From assembly GCA_002269645.1 (NCBI GenBank), contig NIVC01000886.1, positions 1 through 64,000 of the forward strand: DNA of 64,000 bases, given 5' to 3'. The notes under the pieces were generated by a model. It was not told where the DNA came from, did no database searches, and was given only the letters and a program-made list of their open reading frames with translations. This document shows positions 13,944-26,217 of this stretch, piece by piece (position 1 is the first letter of the stretch; the number at the start of each line of letters is the position of its first letter). Both the position numbers and the translations under genes were made by a program. Source of the stretch: Macrostomum lignano. Taxonomy: Eukaryota.

Positions 13944-15794
13944 CAGACTGACGAACTGACGTCATGGTCAATTCTGATCATCTGATCTTCTATTTAGCAA
14001 CTCAATCTTGCCTATAGTTCTGGTTGATTTTGGTGCAACATGGTCTCTAAAGTACAGGAACGACTTTTGTATGTGTTTTTAGTCAGGTTTGTTCGCAGAC
14101 CGAGTCCAACCATAGACAGTGGAGATGTGGCCTCGTGCAGAAAGTATAGTAGTATACATGTATAATAGAATCTGAAATCTCCGTCAGGTAGAATTTCAAG
14201 AAAAATAGCTTTGACAAGCTTGTGAGTAGCAACCCTCGGACGAAACTGCACGCACGTGACGCACTTTATAGCTCCATTTTTAATTTGAAAGTCCAGAAGG
14301 TGAGAGAACTTAAAGCCGAAGAAAGCAACAAAAAACCAAACTGAAACGCCGATTGTAAAAGCGCTAATCTACTTTATTTGTCCATGAAGTGTGCATTCAC
14401 ATCGTGTAGCTAACAGTACTCAAAACACCTGAACGCAGCACCTGCTACACTCAAACATTATTCTACTTAAACTTTAATTCTGATTGTCAATGACATGAAT
14501 AACCTATTTTTCGCATTTTTTCATCGGTCTGACATGATGTTCTCGTAAAAGCCAGTGACAAAAATGCTTTGATAATAAGCGACATGATCGAATCTAAATT
14601 ATTTGTAATGAATCTCGAATTTTTTCGACACAAATTTTTAAGGTTCTGTCGATTTTGTAAACAAAAATAGTTCTTTCCCTTTGAAAGTCAGTACTACTTA
14701 TTCACTAAGTAGTGCGATGAGGTTATAAAAATTCATTTTGAAATTTGTTTTCGCGGAAACTCTTTCAAACCACTCTTAGTCTTGTGTTCGATGTTGCTTC
14801 TTAATTTTATTTTCTGGCTCTGAGTCCAGCTGTTGAGTGCATCTCAGACTGTGCGCAAATCTTTATCACCTGTCTGTTCTTATTGCCATCTTTGTTGTTT
14901 TTCGTTTGCAATTCACCACGATCCGCGAAATCCCAAGTGGACTGCTAATGTTTTTAATAACCTCGAAATGTCAGTTTACAATTTACGTGCTCAAAACTGA
15001 TTTTGAAATCGCGCGAAGTTTAGTGAAGAACTTTAACAAAAAAATAATCGAATTGTTTATCTATCGCTTTGATATTTTTATTATTAGTCAGACACCAAAC
15101 GAAGCGTTAGTTCTGTGACTGCCTTCATTTCCTGTGAACAGTTTGCTTGGGAGCAACATTTGCTTTTAATGACAGGTGTTGTGGCAGCGTAAATCACTAA
15201 ACTAAATTTATAAATTGAACGAGCAAAGAAAATCTCAAGTAATAACGTTACTTTTGTCGATTATCGATAAAACAATGAAAATATAAACAATAAAATAAAT
15301 ACCTAGAATTTTCTCTATGCTCTACTTACAGTAGAAATAGTAGAATATTGCAGATATTAAACTACTTCCATTGAAAATTTATTAACTACTCTACGTAAAG
15401 TCACTTTTCTGATTTTATTTCCAAACTATGATCAGTTGATTTCTGTCGGATACAGAAACTATGAGGTGTAGAGTGCTGGACGAGATTCATAATACAGTTA
15501 GTGACACTACAAAGAAAGTCTAAAAGTACAGACATTTATCACTAAGCTTTGTGATTACGAGCGTATCATAGGAATTCTTCGTAATGCTACATAGATGAAA
15601 ATTTAAAACAACAACACAGCTAAATATAGAAGAAAACGATTAAAGTGTAGTATATCTAATTGTGCTACAAGCTAGAACAATGAAGGCAAGTACAAGTACT
15701 ATAGTTTTCCAAAAAATTAGTCATGCATTTAATTGCTATATTCAACCGCGATCAGTGGGTTCTTCATTATCTGTTCCGTGCTCGGGTACTGGGT

Positions 15795-16150
15795 CCCTCC
15801 ACTCACAACCCTGATAAGCCCTCAGGTAGATAATTAGGTAATGAGGTCTCTCCACTCACAACCCTGATCAGCCCTCAGGTAGATAATTAGGTAATGAGGC
15901 CTCTCCACTCAGAACCCTGATCAGTCCTCAGGTAGATAATTAGGTAATGAGGCCTCTCCACTCAGAACCCTGATCAGTCCTCAGGTAGATAATTAGGTAA
16001 TGAGGTCTCTCCACTCACAACCCTAATCAGTCCCCAGGTAGATATTTAGGTAATGAGGTCTCTCCACTCACAACCCTAATCAGTCCCCAGGTAGATATTT
16101 AGGTAATGAGGTCTCTCCACTCACAACCGGATCAGTTTTCAGGCAAATAA
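15795..16150. repeat. 53-bp minisatellite, about 6.5 copies
   Basis: CTCTCCACTC starts at 15848, 15901, 15954. Confidence 0.95.
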
Positions 16151-16354
16151 TTATGTAATGAGTTCCTGCCATCAAATCCATATTTTTCTTATCTATAATA
16201 ATAAATCATTGGTGAAGGGGAACCCAAAAACGCAAACTTTCCACAACATCGAAAAATATTAGAGAAAATCGGTTAAATGACTTAAAAGATTTGTTAATCT
16301 TCAACCTGAAATAGTTTGTTAAACTGACAATTCCAGTAACTATAGGGTCCAGGC

Positions 16355-19300
16355 TTAGTCTCCAAAAATCCCAGCAAAGGTGCGCCTAAGACTCTGGATC
16401 GCATCCGGCTCTTTCGAATCTTCGTTTGTTTTGACCGGATGCTGACCATCTGCCAGGGGCGATTTGACGACTATCGGTTGAGCTGGCAGCTGATTGTCGC
16501 AATGAGCTGAGTTGGACGATGGCGCGGCCGACATTCGAGCCAGAGTCAGCTCCGCCACGCTGCGCCTGATGCTGTCAGCCTCGTCTGGACAGAATTTGGA
16601 CGCCTCATCAAGCACCAGTTGCAGTGATTCTGAGCCGTGAGCCTTGGAGGATTGAATGAGACAGGCGTGGGAACAAAGTAAATTAGTTGGAGTGTAAATA
16701 TCCCAATTCTTGTTTTGGTGAGATTCGTTAAACGTTCTCTGCATCCTTGAAGGAAGTTTTGCAAAATTATCGAAAGAACTATTGTAGAGTCGTGTTTAAA
16801 AGCAATTTGGCAACATCCTTGAAAGCAATTTGGCGACATCCTTGAAAGCAATTTGGCAACATCCTTGAAAGCAATTTGGCAACATCCTTGAAAGCAATTT
16901 GGCGACATCCTTGAAAGCAACTTGGCAACATCCTTGAAAGCAATTTGGCAACATCCTTGAAAGCAATTTGGCAACATCCTTGAAAGCAGTTTGGCAACAT
17001 CCTTGAAAGCAATTTGGCGACATCAGCTTTAATAATATCAGAGATTCAAACAATACGCTCGTATGATCAGCTCACCATTGAAAGCGCACAACATATCGCC
17101 AAAATTAACGGCACTTACATCAACAATTTGCACGTCATCCTCGCTCCATTGCACGGCCTCCAACGAGCAAATGTCCAGTCCGCCAAAGTGGTCAGAAATC
17201 GCTTCAGTCCAGCTGCGCAGCCTGGATTTCCCGGAGAGAAAAGCAGTTTGATTCTTTGCTGGTAGTGATAAGAATGCTCAGTCACAATCACAATTCTTAC
17301 CTGTCCGTTACGGGAAGTTTCTCCACTGGACCGTCTTTTAAACCAACTTTTGATGTGCGTCGACTAAAATTAATCATAAATTTCCCAATTTGGCTAATTG
17401 CGAAAGGTTTACTAGAATGGAGAAATGAAGAAATAAGGCATACCGACAGACACACTATGACAGACTTAGTGTCTTCGTGTCTTCGTGCCTTGGTGTCTCA
17501 GTGTTTGAGACATTGAGATTTGCCGTCACGGTAACTACGTAAGACACTGATACACCAAGGAAGACACTAAAAAAGTCACTAAGACACTGCGAGACACAAA
17601 GACAATAAGACATCAAGACACCAATTACGCTCGTATAAGGTACTAAAACACTGATACATTAAGCGCTAAGCCGAGAAAGCACTAAAACAAGAAGACACTA
17701 TGACACTGAGATACTGAAACGATAAGACACTAAGTCGCGAAGACACCAGGACAAGAAGACACCACGACACCAAGACACTAAGACATTGAGACACTAAGAC
17801 GCTAAGTCGCGAAGACACCAGGACAAGAAGACACCACGACACCAAGACACTAAGACATTGAGACACTAAGACACTAAGTCGCGAAGACACCAGGACAAGA
17901 AGACACCACGACACCAAGACACTAAGACGCTGAGACACTAAGACACTAAGTCGCGAAGACACCAGGACAAGAAAACACTCAGGACAAGAAGACACCACGA
18001 CACCAAGACACTAAGACGCTGAGACACTAAGACACTAAGTCGCGAAGACACCAGGACAAGAAGACACCACGACACCAAGACACTAAGACGCTGAGACACT
18101 AAGACACTAAGTCGCGAAGACACCAGGACAAGAAGACACCACGACACCAAGACACTAAGACATTGAGACACTAAGACACTAAGTCGCGAAGACACCAGGA
18201 CAAGAAGACACCACGACACCAAGACACTAAGACATTGAGACACTAAGACACTAAGTCGCGAAGACACCAGGACAAGAAGACACCACGACACCAAGACACT
18301 AAGACGCTGAGACACTAAGACACTAAGTCGCGAAGACACCAGGACAAGAAAACACTCAGGACAAGAAGACACCACGACACCAAGACACTAAGACGCTGAG
18401 ACACTAAGACACTAAGTCGCGAAGACACCAGGACAAGAAGACACCACGACACCAAGACACTAAGACGCTGAGACACTAAGACACTAAGTCGCGAAGACAC
18501 CAGGACAAGAAAACACTCAGGACAAGAAGACACCACGACACCAAGACACTAAGACGCTGAGACACAAAGACAAGAAAACACTCAGGACAAGAAGACACCA
18601 CGACACCAAGACACTAAGACGCTGAGACACAAAGACAAGAAGATACCAGGACACAAAACCACTTAGAGAAATTTTTAGCCACATCAAAGCCATTCATTCT
18701 TCAGCTCACGCGAACGCCCAATAGTTTTTGTCAACTTTTTGCACAATAATTTCGTTGCTCGCTCCGAGAGCAGCCTCGGCTGTGCCCCACTTATGTTCAT
18801 AAGATGTTCCTCCAGCCGCAGCGAAAGCAGCAAAGTTCGACATCTCTTCCGCATTATTTGCAATGATCTGAAGTCAGTTTGATAGTTTGAATTATTTCAA
18901 AGACTGTTTCATATCTTGAAATTTAATTCCTCTTAACTGTACCTTTCCAAAGTTACCGTGACGGTTGCCAGACTTGAGCAATAACGGATAGGTGGCTTTT
19001 TGGTTGCTTAACGCCTGAAAAATTGTTTATTTTATTTTATTTTATTTTATTTTATTGAGAAAAATTTGTTTATTTTACTATTGAACAAGATGAAGAACAT
19101 ACAGGTAATTTTTTTCTTACCTGCTTGCGCCAATTTGAATAAAACGTCTGTTCAATTAACGGAAAATAGTTGTCTCCCAAACGTTTTTGAATTCGCGCCA
19201 AGTTGTTATACTGCGGAGCGGGAATTTTACTTGTATGAATTAATCAAATATAAAACAATTAGGAAACCCTTTCCTCGAAAAAAATAGCCACTTAAAAGTT

Positions 19301-21289
19301 AAGTAGAATGGAAAAGGCTACAAAAATTCGCTTACAACCCAGCCTCTGTCTGAGAAGTTGTACACGCTCAGCGATTGGTTGATGCAGGGTACATTCGCGC
19401 GGTCTAGGCCAATCAGAATAGAACGCCATTCGGGACCCAGCGGTGGCTGCAGCAGCAGGGCAAAATTCGGACGGAAAGGCCTGCGCAGGTGAGTTGTTAG
19501 TTATCTGATGATGCAGGATTGATCAGTGAGGCTGAGAGTCGGTTTGGATCACGTGATGTGAAGCAGGCATTCAACCCTACGGCACAGAGTTTTTACATGA
19601 CATACTAAATGACAGAATTGGCAACGATGCCCCTCCAAAAGGAATTGAACTTCCTTAAAAATAGTTTTGATAAACACTCGTTTCAGAGTTAAACACGCGG
19701 AAGTAACGGGGAAGTTATGAGGGGATGTAAACTTTCGTGTTCTGGATCAGCCAGAATTCCAATTAGATTTGCAGCCAAGCAACCAATTTTGTGGAACACG
19801 AAAATTGCCCTCCAATTTGCATATTTTTAATTTTCGATTCGCTGGACAGTGAGAATTTGTTGCTAGTAAGTTGGTCGAATTTAGCAGCAGACGAGTTGCA
19901 GCCAGTGTGAGGGGACAAGCGGTCCATAATTAATCACTCAAGTAGGATGCGTACACTTACGGACACACGAAGTCATTCAGAGTGTACAGCGTACACCTAC
20001 TCACTGAATCATGGAGGCAATGTCGTTCTCCGATCGCAGACTGGCAGACTGATGACGGTCCAGGATCACTTCAGCGGGACCGTTGGAGGCCACGGAAATG
20101 TTTATCTGGCTGAGTGGGGCCTGCGATTCCAGGAAATTGTGCTATATTAAGTCTTGAAAATGGGCATTGCGGGTTTGGAGACGAAGTCAGGACGTCTTTG
20201 CATAGGGCTTTAGCAGCAGCGGCTATAGCACCAGGGGCTTTAGCACCAGCGGCTTTAGCACCAAGGGCTTTAGCACCAAGGGGCTTTAGCACCAGGGGCT
20301 TTAGCATCAGGGGTACCAGCCCCCTTTGGCCCCCCTTTACCCCCTTGTCTAAGCAGACCTGTGTTCAGTCAAAGTGAAACTTCACTCACCTGTTCAACTT
20401 TGATATCCAGACCGTTGGGACACCGCTTATGGTGAAAGTATTTCGACCTGAAATTTAAAAAAGATCAGTATAAATAGAGCATTGGTATCCTCGTTAGTAG
20501 CTGATGTCCTACTGAAATGCGTGTAAATATTTTACTAGCAGAGCACAAGTTATTTACCAATTAGTTTGCGAATCGTCAATCACCAGTAGCATCTTGCACC
20601 TGTCGCCATGGTGATGCAGATTTAGATGGTGACTCCAGCTGCCGTGAAGACTGTTCTCGAGAATGTCTCTGGCGGCTGAGAGCACACTGCTGCCGCTGCC
20701 AGTGGAGAGTTTGTGTCTATGATGATGCTGCTGCAGCTGCTCTGTGCGCTGCTCGTGAGGCTGACCGCTGCAGTGACCGGCAATCCCAGCGTGGCTGCAT
20801 CGCTTCTGTGGCTGCTTCGGCTGCTGCTCCTGCTGCTGTTGCTGCTGCTGCTCTCTACTAAAAGCAGCCTCGCCTTGCAGATCTCCGTGAGACAACCGGC
20901 GTTTTAAATAGCCAAGCATTTCCACTGTTTAGTTTAAGGATCGCGAGTTTTTCTGGATGAGCAAACTTTCTGCTTTCGTGAGATGCACAAGCATTTCAAC
21001 GTTCTGACAGATTTCTGCTTTCAGGAAAGCCAAGATTTCTGCTTCTAGAAAAGCCAAGGTTTCTGTTTTTAGGGAAGTCAAGATATCCTCAGACAAGCCA
21101 AGCTTTCTGCTTTCGGGGAAGCCAAGATTTTTGCTTTCAGTCAAGTTTATTTACTTTTATAAAAGCCGAAACTTCTACTTCCTTAAGTAGCATTTTTAAA
21201 TTTCAAAAAAATGCAGACAAACAGGGAATATTCTTCTGCAATGTAAAATTCTGACAGATAAACAGCTGGTTGATATCATACTCACCCAT
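16355..21289 (-). CDS. SYN: Synapsin, divergent (487 aa predicted, 11 coding exons)
   Basis: Exons 21289-21286, 20924-20558, 20447-20390, 20120-20005, 19480-19336, 19210-19121, 19014-18943, 18867-18710, 17363-17301, 17221-17119, 16642-16355, all phases consistent (1464 nt). Domain A YLKRRLSHGDLQGE; domain C LLVIDDSQTNWSKYF, DIKVEQ, SVYNF, FPLIEQTFY, FGGLDIC; domain E QSLRRTFAGIFGD. Confidence 0.93.
16738..17025. repeat. 23-bp intronic minisatellite (AAAGCAATTTGGCAACATCCTTG)
   Basis: Period from 16801 and 16824; lies in the last synapsin intron. Confidence 0.95.
17500..18650. repeat. 72-bp higher-order minisatellite built from AAGACAC-like subunits, synapsin intron
   Basis: 24-codon periodicity in the overlapping ORFs; subunit motif visible. 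Confidence 0.92.
20204..20310. repeat. 15-bp repeat (GGCTTTAGCACCAAG-like), synapsin intron
   Basis: About 6 units. Confidence 0.85.
20965..21140. repeat. Degenerate 24-bp repeat in first synapsin intron
   Basis: TTTCTG core at 21012, 21036, 21060. Confidence 0.7.
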
Positions 21290-21807
21290 TTCTGGTTAGT
21301 CTTATGCTAGACGTATTTCCTCAGCCAGTCTGACAACAGCTGTATTGATCAATACCAAAGAAATATACAGGCATAAAGTCAGATTGAATTTCCGCGATGA
21401 AGTTCCGGAGGGTCAGTTTCTAGAATTAGTTTATATTTATGTGCCTGTGAGTCCTATGCAGGCACACAGCTTCCCTAATTCCCTGTTGGTTCCCGCAGCC
21501 TCCATCCAACAGGAAATTAGCTATGGGCAGAGCTCCCCGCAATCATGGACAGCTCAACCTAGACGTCTAGATCTAGGACAAGGATCCCGTGAATTTTTTT
21601 TAGAAATGAGCTTGAAGGTCGCAGGATCGGGGAACTTAAGCTTGCTGTATCGTTGGGGGCATGTAGTTTTGTTCTAAGATTCTAAAAGTTCTTTTTCTAT
21701 GAAATTCTTCGATCAGTAAAGAATATTCTCACCAACGTGAATCCGATTTCTTAAAAAGAAGATATGTTAGAAAAAGCGTTTTTCTGAATATCTTTAGAAA
21801 CTTAATT

Positions 21808-22204
<397 letters not shown>

Positions 22205-22527
22205 AAATGAACACTGATTATAGTGCACCCGTCACATTCTCAGCCTTGACCATCTGCATGACCCAAGCATTCATTCACAATAAAGCCGTCAGCAAACTGT
22301 CACAAACAGCACGATCCCGTCAGTTTGAGTGACAGCATGGCGTTAAATTTACAACACTTATTTGACTTTTGCCTGTCAATAACGCCTTATCGGCTTTTAT
22401 CAATTTATTGTATATATTTGAATGTCAGAGAAATAAAACAAATCATGTTTTGGACATACGAATGCATTTATTATAACACGAACGCTACGTAAACATTTCC
22501 ACCATCGCCATGATATACAGCGGATGA

Positions 22528-25377
22528 TTAATTTGCGGCGTAGCCCTGCAGGTTGTCATAGTAACTCTGACACCTGGCGATGTCCTCCGGAGACAGAGCG
22601 GTGTTGGATCCCAGCAGAGCCGCTCTGGCCGAAGTTTTCGGGATGTGCAACACGCCGTCGTGAATTCCGTCCTCCTGCGGATGCGCGCGGGTTTAAATGA
22701 GAGTTCAGTGAATCAGCAACTTCTCATTGTGAAGGTTCAGCGAATCAGCAACTTCTCATTGTGAAGGTTCAGTGATTGATCAACTTCTCATTGTGAAGGT
22801 TCAGTGAATCAGCAACTTCTCATTGTGAAGGTTCAGTGAATCACCAACTTCTCATTGTGAAGGTTCAGCGAATCACCAACTTCTCATTGTGAAGGTTCAG
22901 CGAATCACCAACTTCTCATTGTGAAGGTTCAGCGAATCACCAACTTCTCATTGTGAAGGTTCAGCGAATCACCAACTTCTCATTGTGAAGGTTCAGCGAA
23001 TCACCAACTTCTCATTGTGAGAACTCAGGATTACATTTTTTCCTTACATTTTCGGACTTACACGCATAGCAACTGAAATAATCAATCATTTTGTTTACTT
23101 AGCATGACTGTTTATTTAGATCAATATTTGCGGTTGGCAAAGCAATTACTAATATAGTACGGTATACCGGTAATGAAATGTCCGATGCAATCAGTTTAAT
23201 GATAGCAGGGGATTTGGCTGTGGTATTGGTGACAGGAAAATTATCTAGCTAAAGTACATTTACGAATTTTTTTTATCCTGAGGTGTGACAGCCGCATTAC
23301 AAATTAAGTTAGCCTTATTATGTAATTCTGTTCGATACACAAAAATTCCAGCTGCATCAAGATGGCGTACGAGCGTACCTTAAATATTAGAAACCTATTT
23401 CTTTTTAGGTATCACCTGGAGTCTATGAGCCTCTGGTTCTTTCAGGTATCACCCCAAATGCCTCTCGGGTACCTCTCACGTTATCTTCCATGGTACAGGT
23501 ATCTCTCCCATTGTCTTCCAGGTATCTCTCCTATTGTCTTCCAGGTATCTCTCCTAATGTCTTCCAGGTATCTCTCCCATTGTCTTCCAGGTATCTCTCC
23601 TATTGTCTTCCAGGTATCTCTCCTAATGTCTTCCAGGTATCTCTCCCATTGTCTTCCAGGTATCTCTCCTATTGTCTTCCAGGTATCTCTCCTATTGTCT
23701 TCCATTTATCTCTCCCATTGTCTTCCAGTTATCTCTCCCATTGTCTTCCAGGTATCTCTCCCATTGTCTTCCAGTTATCTCTCCCATTGTCTTCCAGGTA
23801 TCTCTCCCATTGTCTTCCAGGTATCTCTCCTATTGTCTTCCAGGTATCTATCTTTTATTATCTTCAAGGTATCTCTCCTATTGTCTTCCAGGTATCTCTC
23901 CCATTATCTTCCAAGTATCTTTTCCATTGTCCTTCAGGTATCTCCCCGATAGTCTTCGAGGTATCTCCCCGATAGTCTTCCAGGCATCTCCCCGATCATC
24001 TTCCAGGTATCTCCCTGATTATCTTATTCCAGGCATCTCACCTCATTATCAGCATCCTCATAGATGACGCAAAAAGCGTGCACGAACACAAATCCGGAGA
24101 TTAGAATTAGCGACAGGCCGCCACCCGTGGTCCCGACTCCAATTGGCATCATCACGCTAAAGAAAAATAAAATTCAACATTTTCTGTTATTGCTACTGTA
24201 AGTAGACAAGAAAGAACTCAGATGCACGAATTAGTTGCACCGATGACCTACTTATTGATTTTTGCCGTGTTGCTCTTGCAGTCGATTCCATCCTCAGCGT
24301 CGCAGCTAAAAAAGTAACCAAAATTAAGAATTGATTTCCAATGCGGTTATTCATGTCAGCGTAACCAGATACCGTGGTGTGAACTTACGCGTGTAAATAT
24401 TTGTTAATCTGCAAGCTGATGATGCCTACAAGGAATAGCACGACACCCATCAACGTGAGAGCACCCGATAGGAACTGCGGTATCAGCCAGCTGCGGTTTT
24501 TCAATTTGTACGTGTCTCCGAAACGGAATTTTCTTAGAAAGCGAACCTGAAAATCGTCGCAATATTACATGTAGAGGAAGACAGATAGGGTGGTTAATCG
24601 CCTCAATGACCCTTCATGACATTCACCACAGTGAACCATCTTGTCGACATCACCCCAATGACCCATCATGACAATATCACCACAATGACCCATCATGATA
24701 ATCACACCAATGACCCATCATGACAATATCACCACAATGACCCATCATGATAATCACATCAATGACCCATCATGACAATCGTCCCAATGACCCATCATGA
24801 TAATATCACCCAATGACCCCTCATGACAATTATTCGAAATGGCCCACCATGACAATCGTTTTAATTAACGAAGCATAAAAAATCCAAAAAAGAAATCATA
24901 AGATAAAATTACATGTTTTCTAAGAAATCGCATCTTTAAAAAGCCACTGAAAAAATTACTCACCTGTTCACCGCGAGACATGGCTGGAGTTTCTCGAACG
25001 CAGAATCTAATCCGCTGTCTCGTCAATGAAAATCGTTTTGGCGTCTCAGTCCTAGGTGGGGCAGTTGCAGCTGCTGCAGCTGATGAATTCGCCCCATCAA
25101 TCTGGGTCTCAGATGAGGCCAGCTGTTGCAGTTCGAACTCGTTGTTCAACTCGACAGTTGGAAATGGAGACAAACCCGCCTGACTGCTCAGAGCTTCGGG
25201 CTGAACATCTTGCGCCAAGCAGGTGCTAATGTCTTGCTCAACGTCACGGACGTGAGCTTCTTTGCTTTCTGTAGCTGCCGTCTCATCAGTGATCTTGCTG
25301 ACATTTGCACTGCTGCAAGTGACCACAAGAATAGCCGGCGGAGGCTGATGTGACTGTTCAGAGTCATCGGCCTCCAT
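22528..25377 (-). CDS. Orphan two-transmembrane protein (322 aa predicted, 6 exons)
   Basis: Exons 25377-24964, 24546-24389, 24305-24252, 24156-24042, 23248-23168, 22674-22528, phases consistent (969 nt). Hydrophobic segments LIPQFLSGALTLMGVVLFLVGIISL and VMMPIGVGTTGGGLSLILISGFVFVHAFCVIY flank a loop with CDAEDGIDC. No family recognised. Confidence 0.75.
22701..23020. repeat. 32-bp intronic minisatellite, about 10 copies
   Basis: GAATCA starts at 22710, 22742. Confidence 0.95.
23440..24035. repeat. 23-bp intronic minisatellite (CCAGGTATCTCTCCCATTGTCTT)
   Basis: Period from 23521 and 23544. Confidence 0.95.
24600..24860. repeat. 25-27-bp intronic minisatellite (CAATGACCCATCATGA core)
   Basis: About 9 variable-length units. 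Confidence 0.85.
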
Positions 25378-26217
25378 TTTAATTGAATTTCTTCCCTAGT
25401 TAAAGCTATTCCGCTTCAGTCAGTGGCCGTTTGTTAAATCCAGCCCCCATGGGGCAAGCAAGTCCTTTTACAATGTTCCGCAATTCTGTACTCGTAAATA
25501 AAACACAGGGTGATCTGTCAAACGAGCAGAGAAGCTCCGCAAACTGTGCCTGAGAAAATATACAGTTTGTTTGGCCACACACAACTACCAAAGCATGATT
25601 GGCTGAAGGAAGAATTGGGTGCCACGAAATGCCTGCGTTCCCTAGCTTTGACTCTCTGTGTATCTAGCAGAACTGCCGCATAGAAGTTTTATGGATTAAT
25701 ATGTGTAGAACGTCTGCCCAGAAGGATAGCGGAAGCGCGGGCTAGAGGCAGCTTAGAGAGAGGAGAGGGGAAGAGAGAGCGAGAGGAGGGAAGAGGGAAA
25801 AGGAAAAGGGCTTATTTGGGGAGGGGAGAGAAGCAGTTTCCCAGGCGTCATCGCCTTAGGCTCGAAACTCTTATCTGAAAGTCTCCACGATCAGTCAGAC
25901 ATCAAGCTGGATAAGGGCATGTGTGTTGGGAATAAGTTTCTTCGCTTTGGGGAGGGGGTGGCTGCTAGAGTTTAAGAGGCCGGGGTGGCTGTCTGCTGCT
26001 GCTGCTTGCTGCTACTGCGGCGCTTGCACTGTTCTGCAAAGATAAGTATCAATAACTTCGAGGGACTGCAGCCATCTGCAACTCATCTGGAACTGCAATT
26101 TGGAACAGATGCATCGGTTGGGGCTGTCCTGGGGGGAAAGGAAATTTCTACATTAGCTTAATTTGGCATGATAGAGAAATTAAAACGGAATTAACTAATT
26201 TTTTTATATCGAAGCAG

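Noticed and set aside
24910-24945. Intronic sequence encoding MRFLRKH, similar to exon 2 VRFLRKF
   Set aside because: Only about 15 nt of similarity in AT-rich DNA; chance is sufficient.
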